This document shows positions 1 to 8,543 of a DNA stretch of 32,208 nucleotides, one piece after another. Location: the NCBI GenBank assembly GCA_028276315.1, contig JAPYWP010000001.1, forward strand, positions 1-32,208. The letters are read 5' to 3'. The DNA comes from Minisyncoccota bacterium (lineage in GTDB: Bacteria; Patescibacteriota; Minisyncoccia; UBA6257; HR35). How positions within the stretch are numbered: position 1 is the stretch's first letter; each line of letters begins with the position of its first letter. The notes beneath the pieces are model-generated. The model did no database searches. It saw only the letters and a program-made list of their open reading frames with translations, and had not been told where the DNA came from. The translations under genes and the position numbers were made by a program.

Positions 1-1077
1 TTTGCTGTTGCTAAAAGAAACCAACCAAGTATTTTGTTTATTGATGAAATTGACGCTATTGGAAAAGTAAGAGGAGTTGGGATCACTGGTGGGCACGAGG
101 AAAGAGAGCAAACATTAAATCAAATTTTAGTAGAAATGGATGGTTTTGAAAAAGGAACTCGAGTTGTCGTCTTAGCAGCAACCAACATGAATCCTTCCCT
201 CCTTGATCCTGCCCTTCTTCGTCCTGGAAGATTTGATAGAAAAATAGTTTTAGATCTTCCTGATATCAAAGCAAGAGAGGAAATTTTGAAAATTCATTTA
301 AAAGATAAAAAGCTGGGTAAAGTAAATATAAAACAAATAGCAAAAAGAACTCCTGGTTTTTCTGGTGCTGATTTAGCAAATCTTTGTAACGAAGCTGCAA
401 TCTTAGCTGCAAGAAGAAATAAAGAAGTAATTACTCAGACAGAACTTTTAGATGCAATAGAAAAAGTATTACTTGGCCCGGAGAGGAAAACTAAAGTTTA
501 TTCTAAAAAAGAAAAAGAAATTGCTGCTTATCATGAAGCTGGCCATGCTATAGTTGCTCATTATCTTCCATACGCAAATCCTGTTGAAAAAATATCTATA
601 ATCTCTCGTGGAAGAGCAGGTGGGTATACATTAAAATTACCAACAGAAGATAAAAGTTTTTACTTTAAAAAAGAATTTATAGATGAAATTGCTTCAATTT
701 TAGGTGGTTGGGTTGCAGAAAAATTAGTTTTTGGTGATATCTCAACTGGTGCAAGCAATGATCTTGAAGTTGCTACTGAAATTGCAAAACAAATAGTATT
801 AAAATTTGGTATGTCAGAAAATTTAGGTCCAATTGTTTTTGAAGAAAACGTAAAATCTCCATTTGAAATTAAAAATAGAATTTATTCTGAAAAAACTGCA
901 GAAAAAATAGATGAAGAAATAAATAAAATAATCAACGAAGCTAAAGAAAAAGCTGAAAAAATATTAATAGAAAAAAGAGATAAATTAGAATTAGTCGCTA
1001 AAGAATTAATCAAAAAAGAAGTTCTTGAGAAAAAACAATTTGAAAAGTTAGTTAAAGATCCTAAAGTAACAAAATAG
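1..1077 (+). CDS. ftsH: ATP-dependent zinc metalloprotease FtsH, C-terminal part (5' end lies upstream of the window)
   Basis: Frame 1 is open from base 1 (FAVAKRNQPSILFIDEIDAIG...). It carries AAA+ motifs (ILFIDEIDA, ATNxxxxLDPALLRPGRFDR) followed by the HEAGHA zinc-protease motif. Stop codon TAG at 1075-1077. Confidence 0.95.
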   Translation, partial: FAVAKRNQPSILFIDEIDAIGKVRGVGITGGHEEREQTLNQILVEMDGFEKGTRVVVLAATNMNPSLLDPALLRPGRFDRKIVLDLPDIKAREEILKIHLKDKKLGKVNIKQIAKRTPGFSGADLANLCNEAAILAARRNKEVITQTELLDAIEKVLLGPERKTKVYSKKEKEIAAYHEAGHAIVAHYLPYANPVEKISIISRGRAGGYTLKLPTEDKSFYFKKEFIDEIASILGGWVAEKLVFGDISTGASNDLEVATEIAKQIVLKFGMSENLGPIVFEENVKSPFEIKNRIYSEKTAEKIDEEINKIINEAKEKAEKILIEKRDKLELVAKELIKKEVLEKKQFEKLVKDPKVTK

Positions 1078-1149
1078 TGGGTGCGGCTGGATTCGAACCA
1101 GCGACCCCCGACTTATAAGGTCGGTGCTCTGCCGCTGAGCTACGCACCC
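1078..1149 (-). tRNA. tRNA-Ile with anticodon UAU (reads AUA); CCA not encoded
   Basis: The reverse complement is GGGTGCG TA GCTC AGCGGCA GAGC A CCGAC CTTATAA GTCGG GGGTC GCTGG TTCGAAT CCAGC CGCACCC A. This is a perfect cloverleaf (7/4/5/5 bp stems) with a TTCGAAT T-loop. The anticodon loop CTTATAA places TAT at positions 34-36. Confidence 0.85.
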
Positions 1150-1152
1150 TAT

Positions 1153-4100
1153 TTAATCAAAAACTAAACCTCTAACACCTGTTCCAACTGGTATTCTTTT
1201 TCCTAAAATAACATTTTCCTTTATCCCTCTTAATTTGTCAACCCTACCTTCTATTGCTGCTTTAACTAAAACTCTTGAAGTCTCCTGGAAAGAAGCAGCA
1301 GAAAGAAAACTATAGGCAGTTAAAGCTGCTCTTGTAATTCCTAAAATAATTTCTTTTGCTTTTATTGTTTTTAAACCAGCCTTTTTAAGTTCTCTATTTT
1401 GCTCAATAACAACAGATTTTTCAACTATTTCATTTTGTACAAAATTACTATCACCAGGATCTTTTATTTTAACCCTAGAGAACATTTGTCTTATTATTAT
1501 TTCAAAATGTTTATCATGAATAGTAACACCCTGGAAATTATAAATCTTTTTTACTTCATTAATTAAATATCTTATTGTAACTTCTTTTCCTTTAAGTTTA
1601 AATAATTTTTTAGGATCTAAATTACCTGAAGAAATTATATCTCCTTTATTTATTATATCATTAGCTTTTACGTTAAGCTCTAAAATTAAAGGAACATTTA
1701 GGGTAACTTTTTTATTTGAATTTGTTAAAATTATAATTTTGTAATATTTTGAATCTTTTCTAATTTCTTCAATTTTTCCAGATACTGGCGAGATTACTGC
1801 TTCATTTTTTGGAGTTCTTGCTTCTAAAAGTTCTTCTACTCTTGGAATTCCTTGCGTAATATCTGCAGCCGAAGCTATACCACCAACATGAAAGGTTCTC
1901 ATAGTAAGCTGGGTTCCTGGTTCTCCTATAGATTGAGCTGCTATTATACCACAAGCTTCTCCTATTTTTATAACTTTATCATAAGCAAGATCTAAACCAT
2001 AACATTTTACACAAACACCATAAATTGACTTACAACTTAATGGACTCCTAACTCTTACTTTTTGAATACCAAGTTCATCTATTAATTTTGCCCTTTCTTT
2101 ATCAATAATATCTCCTGCATCTACAATTACATTTCCATTTTTATCCACTATCTTTTCTAAACTAAATCTTGAATAGATTTTATACCAAAATGGCTCATTT
2201 ACTTTTTCAGCATCATCTCTTAAAATTTCCCATCCTTTTGTATCTTTACAATCAAACTCTCTTATAATAACATCTTGAGCAACATCAACCATTCTTCTTG
2301 TAAGATATCCTGCTTTAGCAGTCTTTAGTGCTGTATCAACCGTACCCTTTCTTGCTCCGTGAGCAGAAATAAAGTATTCAATTGAATCTAAACCTTCTTT
2401 ATAGTTTGAAATGATTGGAAGTTCTATAACTTCTCCTTTTGGATTTGAAACAAGACCTTTTAATGAAGCCATCTGGGTTAACTGATCCCAGTTACCTTTA
2501 GATCCAGAATCTATCATTATCCTTGGAACATTAACTAATACATTTTTAACTTTTTCTTTATAAAAATCATTTACTTTTTTAACAAATTTTGAGAAAACTT
2601 CAATTTTTAAAAGTTTTCTTTCTTCCTCACTTATTAAACCAGATTCAAAACCTTTTTCAATATTTTCTACTTCTGGTAAAATTTCATTATAAAAATTAAT
2701 TTTTTCTTCTGGAAAGCTCAAAAAATCTGAAATAGAAAGAGATAATCCAGATTTTTCTGCATATTTAAATCCTAAACTCTTTAAATTATCAAGGAAATTT
2801 ACTACAATTTCATTATCATAGCTATGGTAAACTTTATCTATAAGTTCAATAAGAGCTTTTTTGTTTAATTGTTTATTAATAAATGGAAAACTTTCAGGCA
2901 AAATGCTATTAAAAATAATTCTACCAACTGTTGTTTTTATATTTTTTTCATTTTTAATTTTTTTAACTAAAATTTCTGCTTGAAGATCAATTAAACCATT
3001 TTCATAATAAAACAAGGCCTCATTTTCATCATAAAATATTTTTCCTTCACCCACAGAACCTGGTTTTAACATTGTTAACCAATAACAGCCTAAGACAACA
3101 TCTAATGTTGGAACAGTTATTGGCTCTCCTGATCCTGGTTTTAAAATATTTTTAGAAGAGAGCATAATTTCTCTTGCTTCTATTTGAGCTTCATCTAATA
3201 AAGGTAAATGAACTGCCATTTGATCTCCATCAAAGTCAGCATTAAAAGCAGTACAAACAAAAGGAGGAATTCTAATTGCAAGACCTTCTACTAATATTGG
3301 TTTGAATGCTTGAATGCCTAATCTATGTAATGTTGGAGCTCTGTTTAAAAGAACGTATTTATCTTTAATAACATTCTCTAATGCGCTCCAAACCTCATCT
3401 GTTTGAAGTTCAATTAAATAATTAGCATAACTAATATTTTGAGCTATGCCTTGATTTAAAAGTTCTCTTATTACAAATGGCCTAAATAGCTCAAGCGCTA
3501 AAGTTTTAGGAATACCACATTCATATAATTTTAATTCAGGACCAACTACAATAACAGATCTTCCTGAAAAATCAACTCTTTTTCCTAAAAGATTTTTTCT
3601 AAATCTTCCTTCTTTTCCTTTTAAAGATTCAGCTAAAGATTTGAGTGGCCTTCTTGTTCCGCCAGTTTTTTTGGTTGCTTGAGTTTTTTTAATAGTATTA
3701 TCTAAAAGCGCATCAACTGCTTCTTGAAGCATTCTTTTTTCGTTTCTTAAAATTATCTCTGGTGCTTTAAGTTCTATTAACTTTTTAAGTCTATTATTTC
3801 TATTAATAACTCTCCTATAAAGATCATTTAAATCTGATGTTGCATATGTACCAGTTTCAAGCTGAATTGTTGGCCTTAAATCTGGTGGAATAACTGGTAA
3901 GACTGTGAGAAACATCCATTCTGGTCTTGCTTTATTTTTAATAAAGTTTTTAAAAAGTTTTAATCTTAAAAGAAGCTTTTTCTTTTCTGGTCCTCTTGCA
4001 TTTTTTAATTTCTCCTCTATTTCTCTTTTTTCTTTTTCTAAATCAATCTCTTCTAAAAATCTTTTTATTGGCTCAGAACCTATACCAACTTCAAATATTG

Positions 4101-4713
4101 CACCAAATTTTTTTGAATATTCATAATATTCAACATCAGAAAGAACATTTTTAACTTTTATTTTTTCAAGTTCATTAATATTTCTTTCGTAAATTTCTTT
4201 TATTTTTTCTTTTTGTTTCTCATCTGTAGCATTTTTTATCAATTCTTTAAATTCTTGATCTATTTTTTCTCTAACTCTTCTTTTTTCAAGTTCATTAACT
4301 TTTGTAATTATATATGCAGAATAATAAATTACTTTTTCTAACTGTTGTAATGGTATATCTAGAGCTAAACTAATTCTTGAAGGAACAACCCTTAAAAACC
4401 AAATATGAGCAACAGGTATAGCTAAAGATATATGCCCCATTCTTTCTCTTCTTACATTTGAAGTTGTAATCTCTACACCGCATCTATCACATTTAAGACC
4501 TTTAAATTTTATACCTTTTAATTTTCCACAATAGCATTCATAATTTTTAACTGGTCCAAAAATTCTCTCAGAAAACAATCCATCTTTATCTGGCTTTTGG
4601 GTCCTATAATTAATAGTTTCCGGTTTTGTAACTTCTCCAAAAGACCAACTTAAAATATTCTCTGGCGAAGCCAGCTTTATTGTTAAAGATTCTATTTCTT
4701 TTATTTTTTCCAT
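1153..4713 (-). CDS. rpoC: DNA-directed RNA polymerase subunit beta'
   Basis: 1186-aa ORF with the N-terminal zinc motif CYCGKLKGIKFKGLKCDRCGVE and the catalytic NADFDGDQM motif. It starts 3 nt after the rpoB stop. Confidence 0.98.
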   Translation of the reverse strand: MEKIKEIESLTIKLASPENILSWSFGEVTKPETINYRTQKPDKDGLFSERIFGPVKNYECYCGKLKGIKFKGLKCDRCGVEITTSNVRRERMGHISLAIPVAHIWFLRVVPSRISLALDIPLQQLEKVIYYSAYIITKVNELEKRRVREKIDQEFKELIKNATDEKQKEKIKEIYERNINELEKIKVKNVLSDVEYYEYSKKFGAIFEVGIGSEPIKRFLEEIDLEKEKREIEEKLKNARGPEKKKLLLRLKLFKNFIKNKARPEWMFLTVLPVIPPDLRPTIQLETGTYATSDLNDLYRRVINRNNRLKKLIELKAPEIILRNEKRMLQEAVDALLDNTIKKTQATKKTGGTRRPLKSLAESLKGKEGRFRKNLLGKRVDFSGRSVIVVGPELKLYECGIPKTLALELFRPFVIRELLNQGIAQNISYANYLIELQTDEVWSALENVIKDKYVLLNRAPTLHRLGIQAFKPILVEGLAIRIPPFVCTAFNADFDGDQMAVHLPLLDEAQIEAREIMLSSKNILKPGSGEPITVPTLDVVLGCYWLTMLKPGSVGEGKIFYDENEALFYYENGLIDLQAEILVKKIKNEKNIKTTVGRIIFNSILPESFPFINKQLNKKALIELIDKVYHSYDNEIVVNFLDNLKSLGFKYAEKSGLSLSISDFLSFPEEKINFYNEILPEVENIEKGFESGLISEEERKLLKIEVFSKFVKKVNDFYKEKVKNVLVNVPRIMIDSGSKGNWDQLTQMASLKGLVSNPKGEVIELPIISNYKEGLDSIEYFISAHGARKGTVDTALKTAKAGYLTRRMVDVAQDVIIREFDCKDTKGWEILRDDAEKVNEPFWYKIYSRFSLEKIVDKNGNVIVDAGDIIDKERAKLIDELGIQKVRVRSPLSCKSIYGVCVKCYGLDLAYDKVIKIGEACGIIAAQSIGEPGTQLTMRTFHVGGIASAADITQGIPRVEELLEARTPKNEAVISPVSGKIEEIRKDSKYYKIIILTNSNKKVTLNVPLILELNVKANDIINKGDIISSGNLDPKKLFKLKGKEVTIRYLINEVKKIYNFQGVTIHDKHFEIIIRQMFSRVKIKDPGDSNFVQNEIVEKSVVIEQNRELKKAGLKTIKAKEIILGITRAALTAYSFLSAASFQETSRVLVKAAIEGRVDKLRGIKENVILGKRIPVGTGVRGLVFD

Positions 4714-4716
4714 GGT

Positions 4717-7700
4717 TTATTTAATTTTTTTAATTTTCTCTTTTAATTTTTCTGCGACTTTAATTTCTTTATTTATTTCTATCTCAAAACCTAATCCTCT
4801 TAACTCTTGAAAAAGAACATTAAATGCTTCTGGAATTGATGGAGTTTTTATTTTCTCTCCTTTTATAATACTTGCATAAGCCTGATTTCTTCCAGCAACA
4901 TCGTCAGATTTTATTGTTAACATTTCTTGTAAAGCATAACTAGCACCATAAGCCTCAAGTGCCCAAACCTCCATTTCTCCTAATCTTTGCCCACCCATTC
5001 TTGCTCTTCCTCCAAGCGGTTGTTGAGTAATTAAGCTATATGGACCAGTTGATCTTGCATGAATTTTATCTTCTACCATATGAATTAATCTATACATATA
5101 CATATAACCAACTGTAACTTTTTCGTGATACTTTTCTCCAGTTTTACCATCATATAAAACAAATTTTCCATCCTCAGAAAAACCAGCTTTTTTAAGTTCT
5201 TCTTTTATAATTTCTTCACTTAATCTTGACATTACTGGTACAATCGCTTGATAACCTAATTTTTTAGCAGCCATACCAAGATGAGTTTCAAAAAGTTGCC
5301 CTAAATTCATTCTGCTAATTATTCCAAGAGGATTTAAAATAATCTCAACAGGAGTTCCGTCTTCTAAAAATGGCATATCTTCTTCTGGAAGGATTCTTGA
5401 AATAACACCTTTATTTCCGTGCCTACCACAAAGCTTATCTCCAATTTGAAGTTTTCTTAATTTAGCGATTCTAACTCTTATTCTTTTAATAACATCTGGA
5501 TCTAATGGATCATGATGTTCTCTAGATAGTGTATAAACATCTATTACTCTTCCTTCTTTACCATGCTCTAATACAAGTGGCGTTGGTTTTACGTCAGAAA
5601 TTTTTTCTCCAAAAATTGCTTTAAGCAATCTTTCTTCAGGAGAAAGTTCTAATTCTTTTTTAGGAGTAACCTTACCAACTAAAATATCACCAGATTTTAC
5701 AAAAGTACCAATTCTTACAATTCCATTTTCGTCTAAATTTAAAAGTTTTGCCTCTGGCACTCCTGGAATATCAGCTGTAATTTCTTCTGGACCTATTTTT
5801 GTTTCTTTAACATCACAATAAAAATCTTCAACAGAAATAGTAGTAAAATAATCCTCTTTTACCAATTTTTCAGAAACTATAATTGCATCTTCAAAATTTA
5901 AACCGCCCCAAGACATAAAAGCAACAAGAACATTTCTACCTAAAGCAACTTTTCCATCTTTTGTTCCAATTGCATCAGCAAGAACATCTCCTTTTTTAAC
6001 AACATCTCCTTTTTTAACAATTGGTTTTTGATAAAAAGCTAAATATTGATTTGTTTTAGTGTATTTTTTAAGTTGAAATTGAATTGTTTTATTTTTTGTC
6101 TTAAGAATAATTTTTGAAGCATCAACATATTCAATTATTCCATCGTCAGGAGCTATAATCAACCAACGAGAGTCTTTTGCAACTTTTTCTTCTAAACCAG
6201 TTGAAACTAAGGGTGGTTCTGGTCTTATTAATCCAACTGCTTGTCTTTGCATATTAGCACCCATTAAAGCTCTATTTGCATCATCTTTTTCAAGAAATGG
6301 AATTAAAAATGTTGAAACAGAAAAAGGTTGATAAGCTGAAACATCTATTAATGTAACTTTTTCTGCTTCTACTGTTTTTGGTTCTCCATAATATCTTGCA
6401 GAAACAAAATCATCAACAATGTATCCATTTTTAATATTTATTCCAGTATGAGTAATAACCTCTTTAAATTCTTCTTCTGGTTTTAACCAAACAATTTCAT
6501 CAAGGATTTTTCTATTTTTAACTCTAAAATAAGGAGTTAATATAAATCCTAATTTTTCCTCTGGTTTTGCGTATAAAGATAAATAAGAAATAACACCAAC
6601 ATTTTGACCCTCTGGAGTTTGAATTGGGCAAAGTCTTCCATAATAGGTTGGATGAACATCTCTAATTTCAAAGCCAGCTCTTTCTTTTGAAATTCCACCA
6701 GGGCCAGCAGTTGTAATTCTTCTTTTATGTTCTAGTTCAGCTAAAATATTTGTTTGATCTAAAAATTGAGATAAAGGAGAAAGAAGAAAAAATTCTAAAA
6801 TAGAGTTCGAAAGATCTTTTGGATAAAGAATTTTAGCTGGACTTATAGCTTCCTGACCTAATACACTTATTTTATCTTTCATTCTTTTAACTAATCTTGT
6901 CATTCCAATTCTAAATCTATTTTGAACTAACTCTCCAACACATCTTAATCTTTTATTTTCAAGAGAATCAATATCATCAGGTTTTGAATTTGGATTATTA
7001 TTTAAATTAATTATTTCTTTTACGGTTAAAATTATATCCTCTAACTCTAAAATTAAAGATTTACTTTCTCTATTTAATCTTTGATTTATTTTATATCTTC
7101 CTGGCCATGAAAGGTCGTACCTAGATTTTTCTTTAAAAAGACTTTCAAAAAACTTAATAGCATTATCTAATGTCGAAATTTCTAATGGTTTTAATCTACT
7201 ATGAATCTCTATTAAAGCTTCTTGCGGTGTTTGAGTTTCATCTTTTTTAAGAGTTGTCTCAATATAGCTTATATCAGAAATATCTACATCTTCAAAAATT
7301 TTAACAAGTTCTTCATTATTTTCTATACCAAAAGCCTTTAAAAGTACTGTAGCAGGAACTTTTTTGCGTCTATCAATTTTAACTGTAATTACATTGTTTA
7401 TTTCAGTCTGAAATTCTAACCAAGCGCCTCTAAATGGAATAATACTTGCACCGAAAAAGTTTCTACCACCATAAGGTAAAGAAGTAAAATAAACTCCAGG
7501 AGATCTTACTAATTGATTAATTATAATTCTTTCAACTCCATTTAAAATAAAACTACCACGAGATGTCATTATTGGAATTTCCCCAAAATAAATATCTTGA
7601 GTTTCACTTTCTTGAGTTTTAAGATTTGTTACCCTTACCTTAATTCTTAAAGGTGCTGTATAAGAAACTTCTTTTTCTATTGCCTCCTCTTCAGTTCTAA

Positions 7701-7896
7701 AAGGAGCACCAATTTCATGAGAAATAAACTCAACTTTAAACTCTTCTCCTGAATAATCATAAGTAGGGGAGAATTCTTCTAGAATTTCTTTAATTCCCTC
7801 AGTTAAAAACCAATTATAGCTTTGAAATTGAATTTCAAGCAAATCCTCGGGCAAAAAAATAGGTAATTCTTTAAATTTTTTTTGGACTAAAGACAT
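4717..7896 (-). CDS. rpoB: DNA-directed RNA polymerase subunit beta
   Basis: 1059-aa ORF with conserved beta-subunit blocks (GRHGNKGVISRILPEEDMPF, QRLGEMEVWALEAYGA). It lies immediately upstream of rpoC. Confidence 0.98.
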   Translation of the reverse strand: MSLVQKKFKELPIFLPEDLLEIQFQSYNWFLTEGIKEILEEFSPTYDYSGEEFKVEFISHEIGAPFRTEEEAIEKEVSYTAPLRIKVRVTNLKTQESETQDIYFGEIPIMTSRGSFILNGVERIIINQLVRSPGVYFTSLPYGGRNFFGASIIPFRGAWLEFQTEINNVITVKIDRRKKVPATVLLKAFGIENNEELVKIFEDVDISDISYIETTLKKDETQTPQEALIEIHSRLKPLEISTLDNAIKFFESLFKEKSRYDLSWPGRYKINQRLNRESKSLILELEDIILTVKEIINLNNNPNSKPDDIDSLENKRLRCVGELVQNRFRIGMTRLVKRMKDKISVLGQEAISPAKILYPKDLSNSILEFFLLSPLSQFLDQTNILAELEHKRRITTAGPGGISKERAGFEIRDVHPTYYGRLCPIQTPEGQNVGVISYLSLYAKPEEKLGFILTPYFRVKNRKILDEIVWLKPEEEFKEVITHTGINIKNGYIVDDFVSARYYGEPKTVEAEKVTLIDVSAYQPFSVSTFLIPFLEKDDANRALMGANMQRQAVGLIRPEPPLVSTGLEEKVAKDSRWLIIAPDDGIIEYVDASKIILKTKNKTIQFQLKKYTKTNQYLAFYQKPIVKKGDVVKKGDVLADAIGTKDGKVALGRNVLVAFMSWGGLNFEDAIIVSEKLVKEDYFTTISVEDFYCDVKETKIGPEEITADIPGVPEAKLLNLDENGIVRIGTFVKSGDILVGKVTPKKELELSPEERLLKAIFGEKISDVKPTPLVLEHGKEGRVIDVYTLSREHHDPLDPDVIKRIRVRIAKLRKLQIGDKLCGRHGNKGVISRILPEEDMPFLEDGTPVEIILNPLGIISRMNLGQLFETHLGMAAKKLGYQAIVPVMSRLSEEIIKEELKKAGFSEDGKFVLYDGKTGEKYHEKVTVGYMYMYRLIHMVEDKIHARSTGPYSLITQQPLGGRARMGGQRLGEMEVWALEAYGASYALQEMLTIKSDDVAGRNQAYASIIKGEKIKTPSIPEAFNVLFQELRGLGFEIEINKEIKVAEKLKEKIKKIK

Positions 7897-7974
7897 ATAG
7901 ATAAGGCCTTTTCTTTATTTTGGCCCTATTTTAAATTCCACATTAAAATATAAACTTTAAAGATAATTAATAAT

Positions 7975-8002
7975 ATTATATTCAGGAAAATTTTGTTGTC
8001 AA
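7975..8002 (-). promoter_or_regulatory. Sigma70-type promoter for rpoB-rpoC
   Basis: The minus strand reads TTGACA (8002-7997), a 16-nt spacer, then TATAAT (7980-7975). This sits about 80 nt upstream of the rpoB ATG and directly after the upstream terminator. Confidence 0.55.
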
Positions 8003-8004
8003 GA

Positions 8005-8036
8005 GGAAAAATAAAAGGGGAGCTAAAGCTCCCCCA
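8005..8036 (-). terminator. Intrinsic terminator after the 126-aa membrane-protein gene
   Basis: Hairpin GGGGAGC-TAAA-GCTCCCC at 8017-8034, followed on the minus strand by TTTTATTTTT. It begins 8 nt downstream of the stop codon at 8043-8045. Confidence 0.7.
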
Positions 8037-8042
8037 AAAAAC

Positions 8043-8423
8043 TCAAAACATCATGTCTGCAAAATTAGTTAATTTATAACCAAAATACAAAAATTCTACA
8101 GGAAAAATTAAAAATAAATATAAAGCGAAAATAATACAAACAACATTTGAAATTATTTGGTCGTGATCATATTTTTCGAGGAAGAATTGCAGTATAGCAA
8201 AAGTCAGGGTTATAAACAAACCAACATAAATTGATCCACACAAACCAAATAGAAATTTTCCTATATCTCTCGGAATTTTTAAAATTTCCGTTATGAATTC
8301 AACAGTTCCTTTGTTGAGTATTAAAGAAAAAAAGATTAAACTTCCTGCTACGAGATAAATTACAATCACCATTATTATCAAAATAATCACTATAACCCTT
8401 TTAATTTCTTCCTTAATCTTCAT
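8043..8423 (-). CDS. Small integral membrane protein, unknown family (3-4 predicted helices)
   Basis: 126-aa ORF with long hydrophobic stretches. It has a strong Shine-Dalgarno AGGAGGA (8436-8430, minus strand) and its own promoter and terminator. I recognise no family motif. Confidence 0.7.
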   Translation of the reverse strand: MKIKEEIKRVIVIILIIMVIVIYLVAGSLIFFSLILNKGTVEFITEILKIPRDIGKFLFGLCGSIYVGLFITLTFAILQFFLEKYDHDQIISNVVCIIFALYLFLIFPVEFLYFGYKLTNFADMMF

Positions 8424-8474
8424 AGTTTATCCTCCTTTTTGTTTTAGTATTTTTTTTGTTATTTATCTACTTAT

Positions 8475-8503
8475 ATTCTATCATAAAACTAAAAATTTGT
8501 CAA
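8475..8503 (-). promoter_or_regulatory. Sigma70-type promoter (extended -10) for the 126-aa membrane-protein gene
   Basis: The minus strand reads TTGACA (8503-8498), a 17-nt spacer ending in TGA, then TAGAAT (8480-8475). Confidence 0.5.
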
Positions 8504-8543
8504 GAAGTAGTCAGGACTACAATTCCTCGCTATCAACTTCATT

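Noticed and set aside
2141-2148. DnaA-box-like TTATCCAC, and the idea that the parB, rpsF-ssb and rplI genes mark an origin region
   Set aside because: It is a single copy inside the rpoC coding sequence. No cluster of boxes occurs in any intergenic region, so there is no evidence for oriC here.
3905-4126. Antisense 'shadow' ORFs inside confirmed genes: 3905-4126, 8456-8821, 9217-9535, 13421-13881, 14619-14921, 18557-19153, 21122-21502, 23189-23565, 24059-24328, 26052-26317, 26698-26880 and 30345-30554
   Set aside because: Each is fully embedded opposite a well-supported gene. All translate to low-complexity Phe/Leu/Ile/Ser-rich sequence typical of the antisense strand of Lys/Glu-rich AT-rich genes. 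None has a recognisable motif.
8507-8520. Hairpin GTAGTC-AG-GACTAC just downstream of recG as a terminator
   Set aside because: The stem is only 5-6 bp, the loop is 2 nt, and there is no proper T-tract. It also overlaps the -35 region of the next promoter. This is too weak to call.
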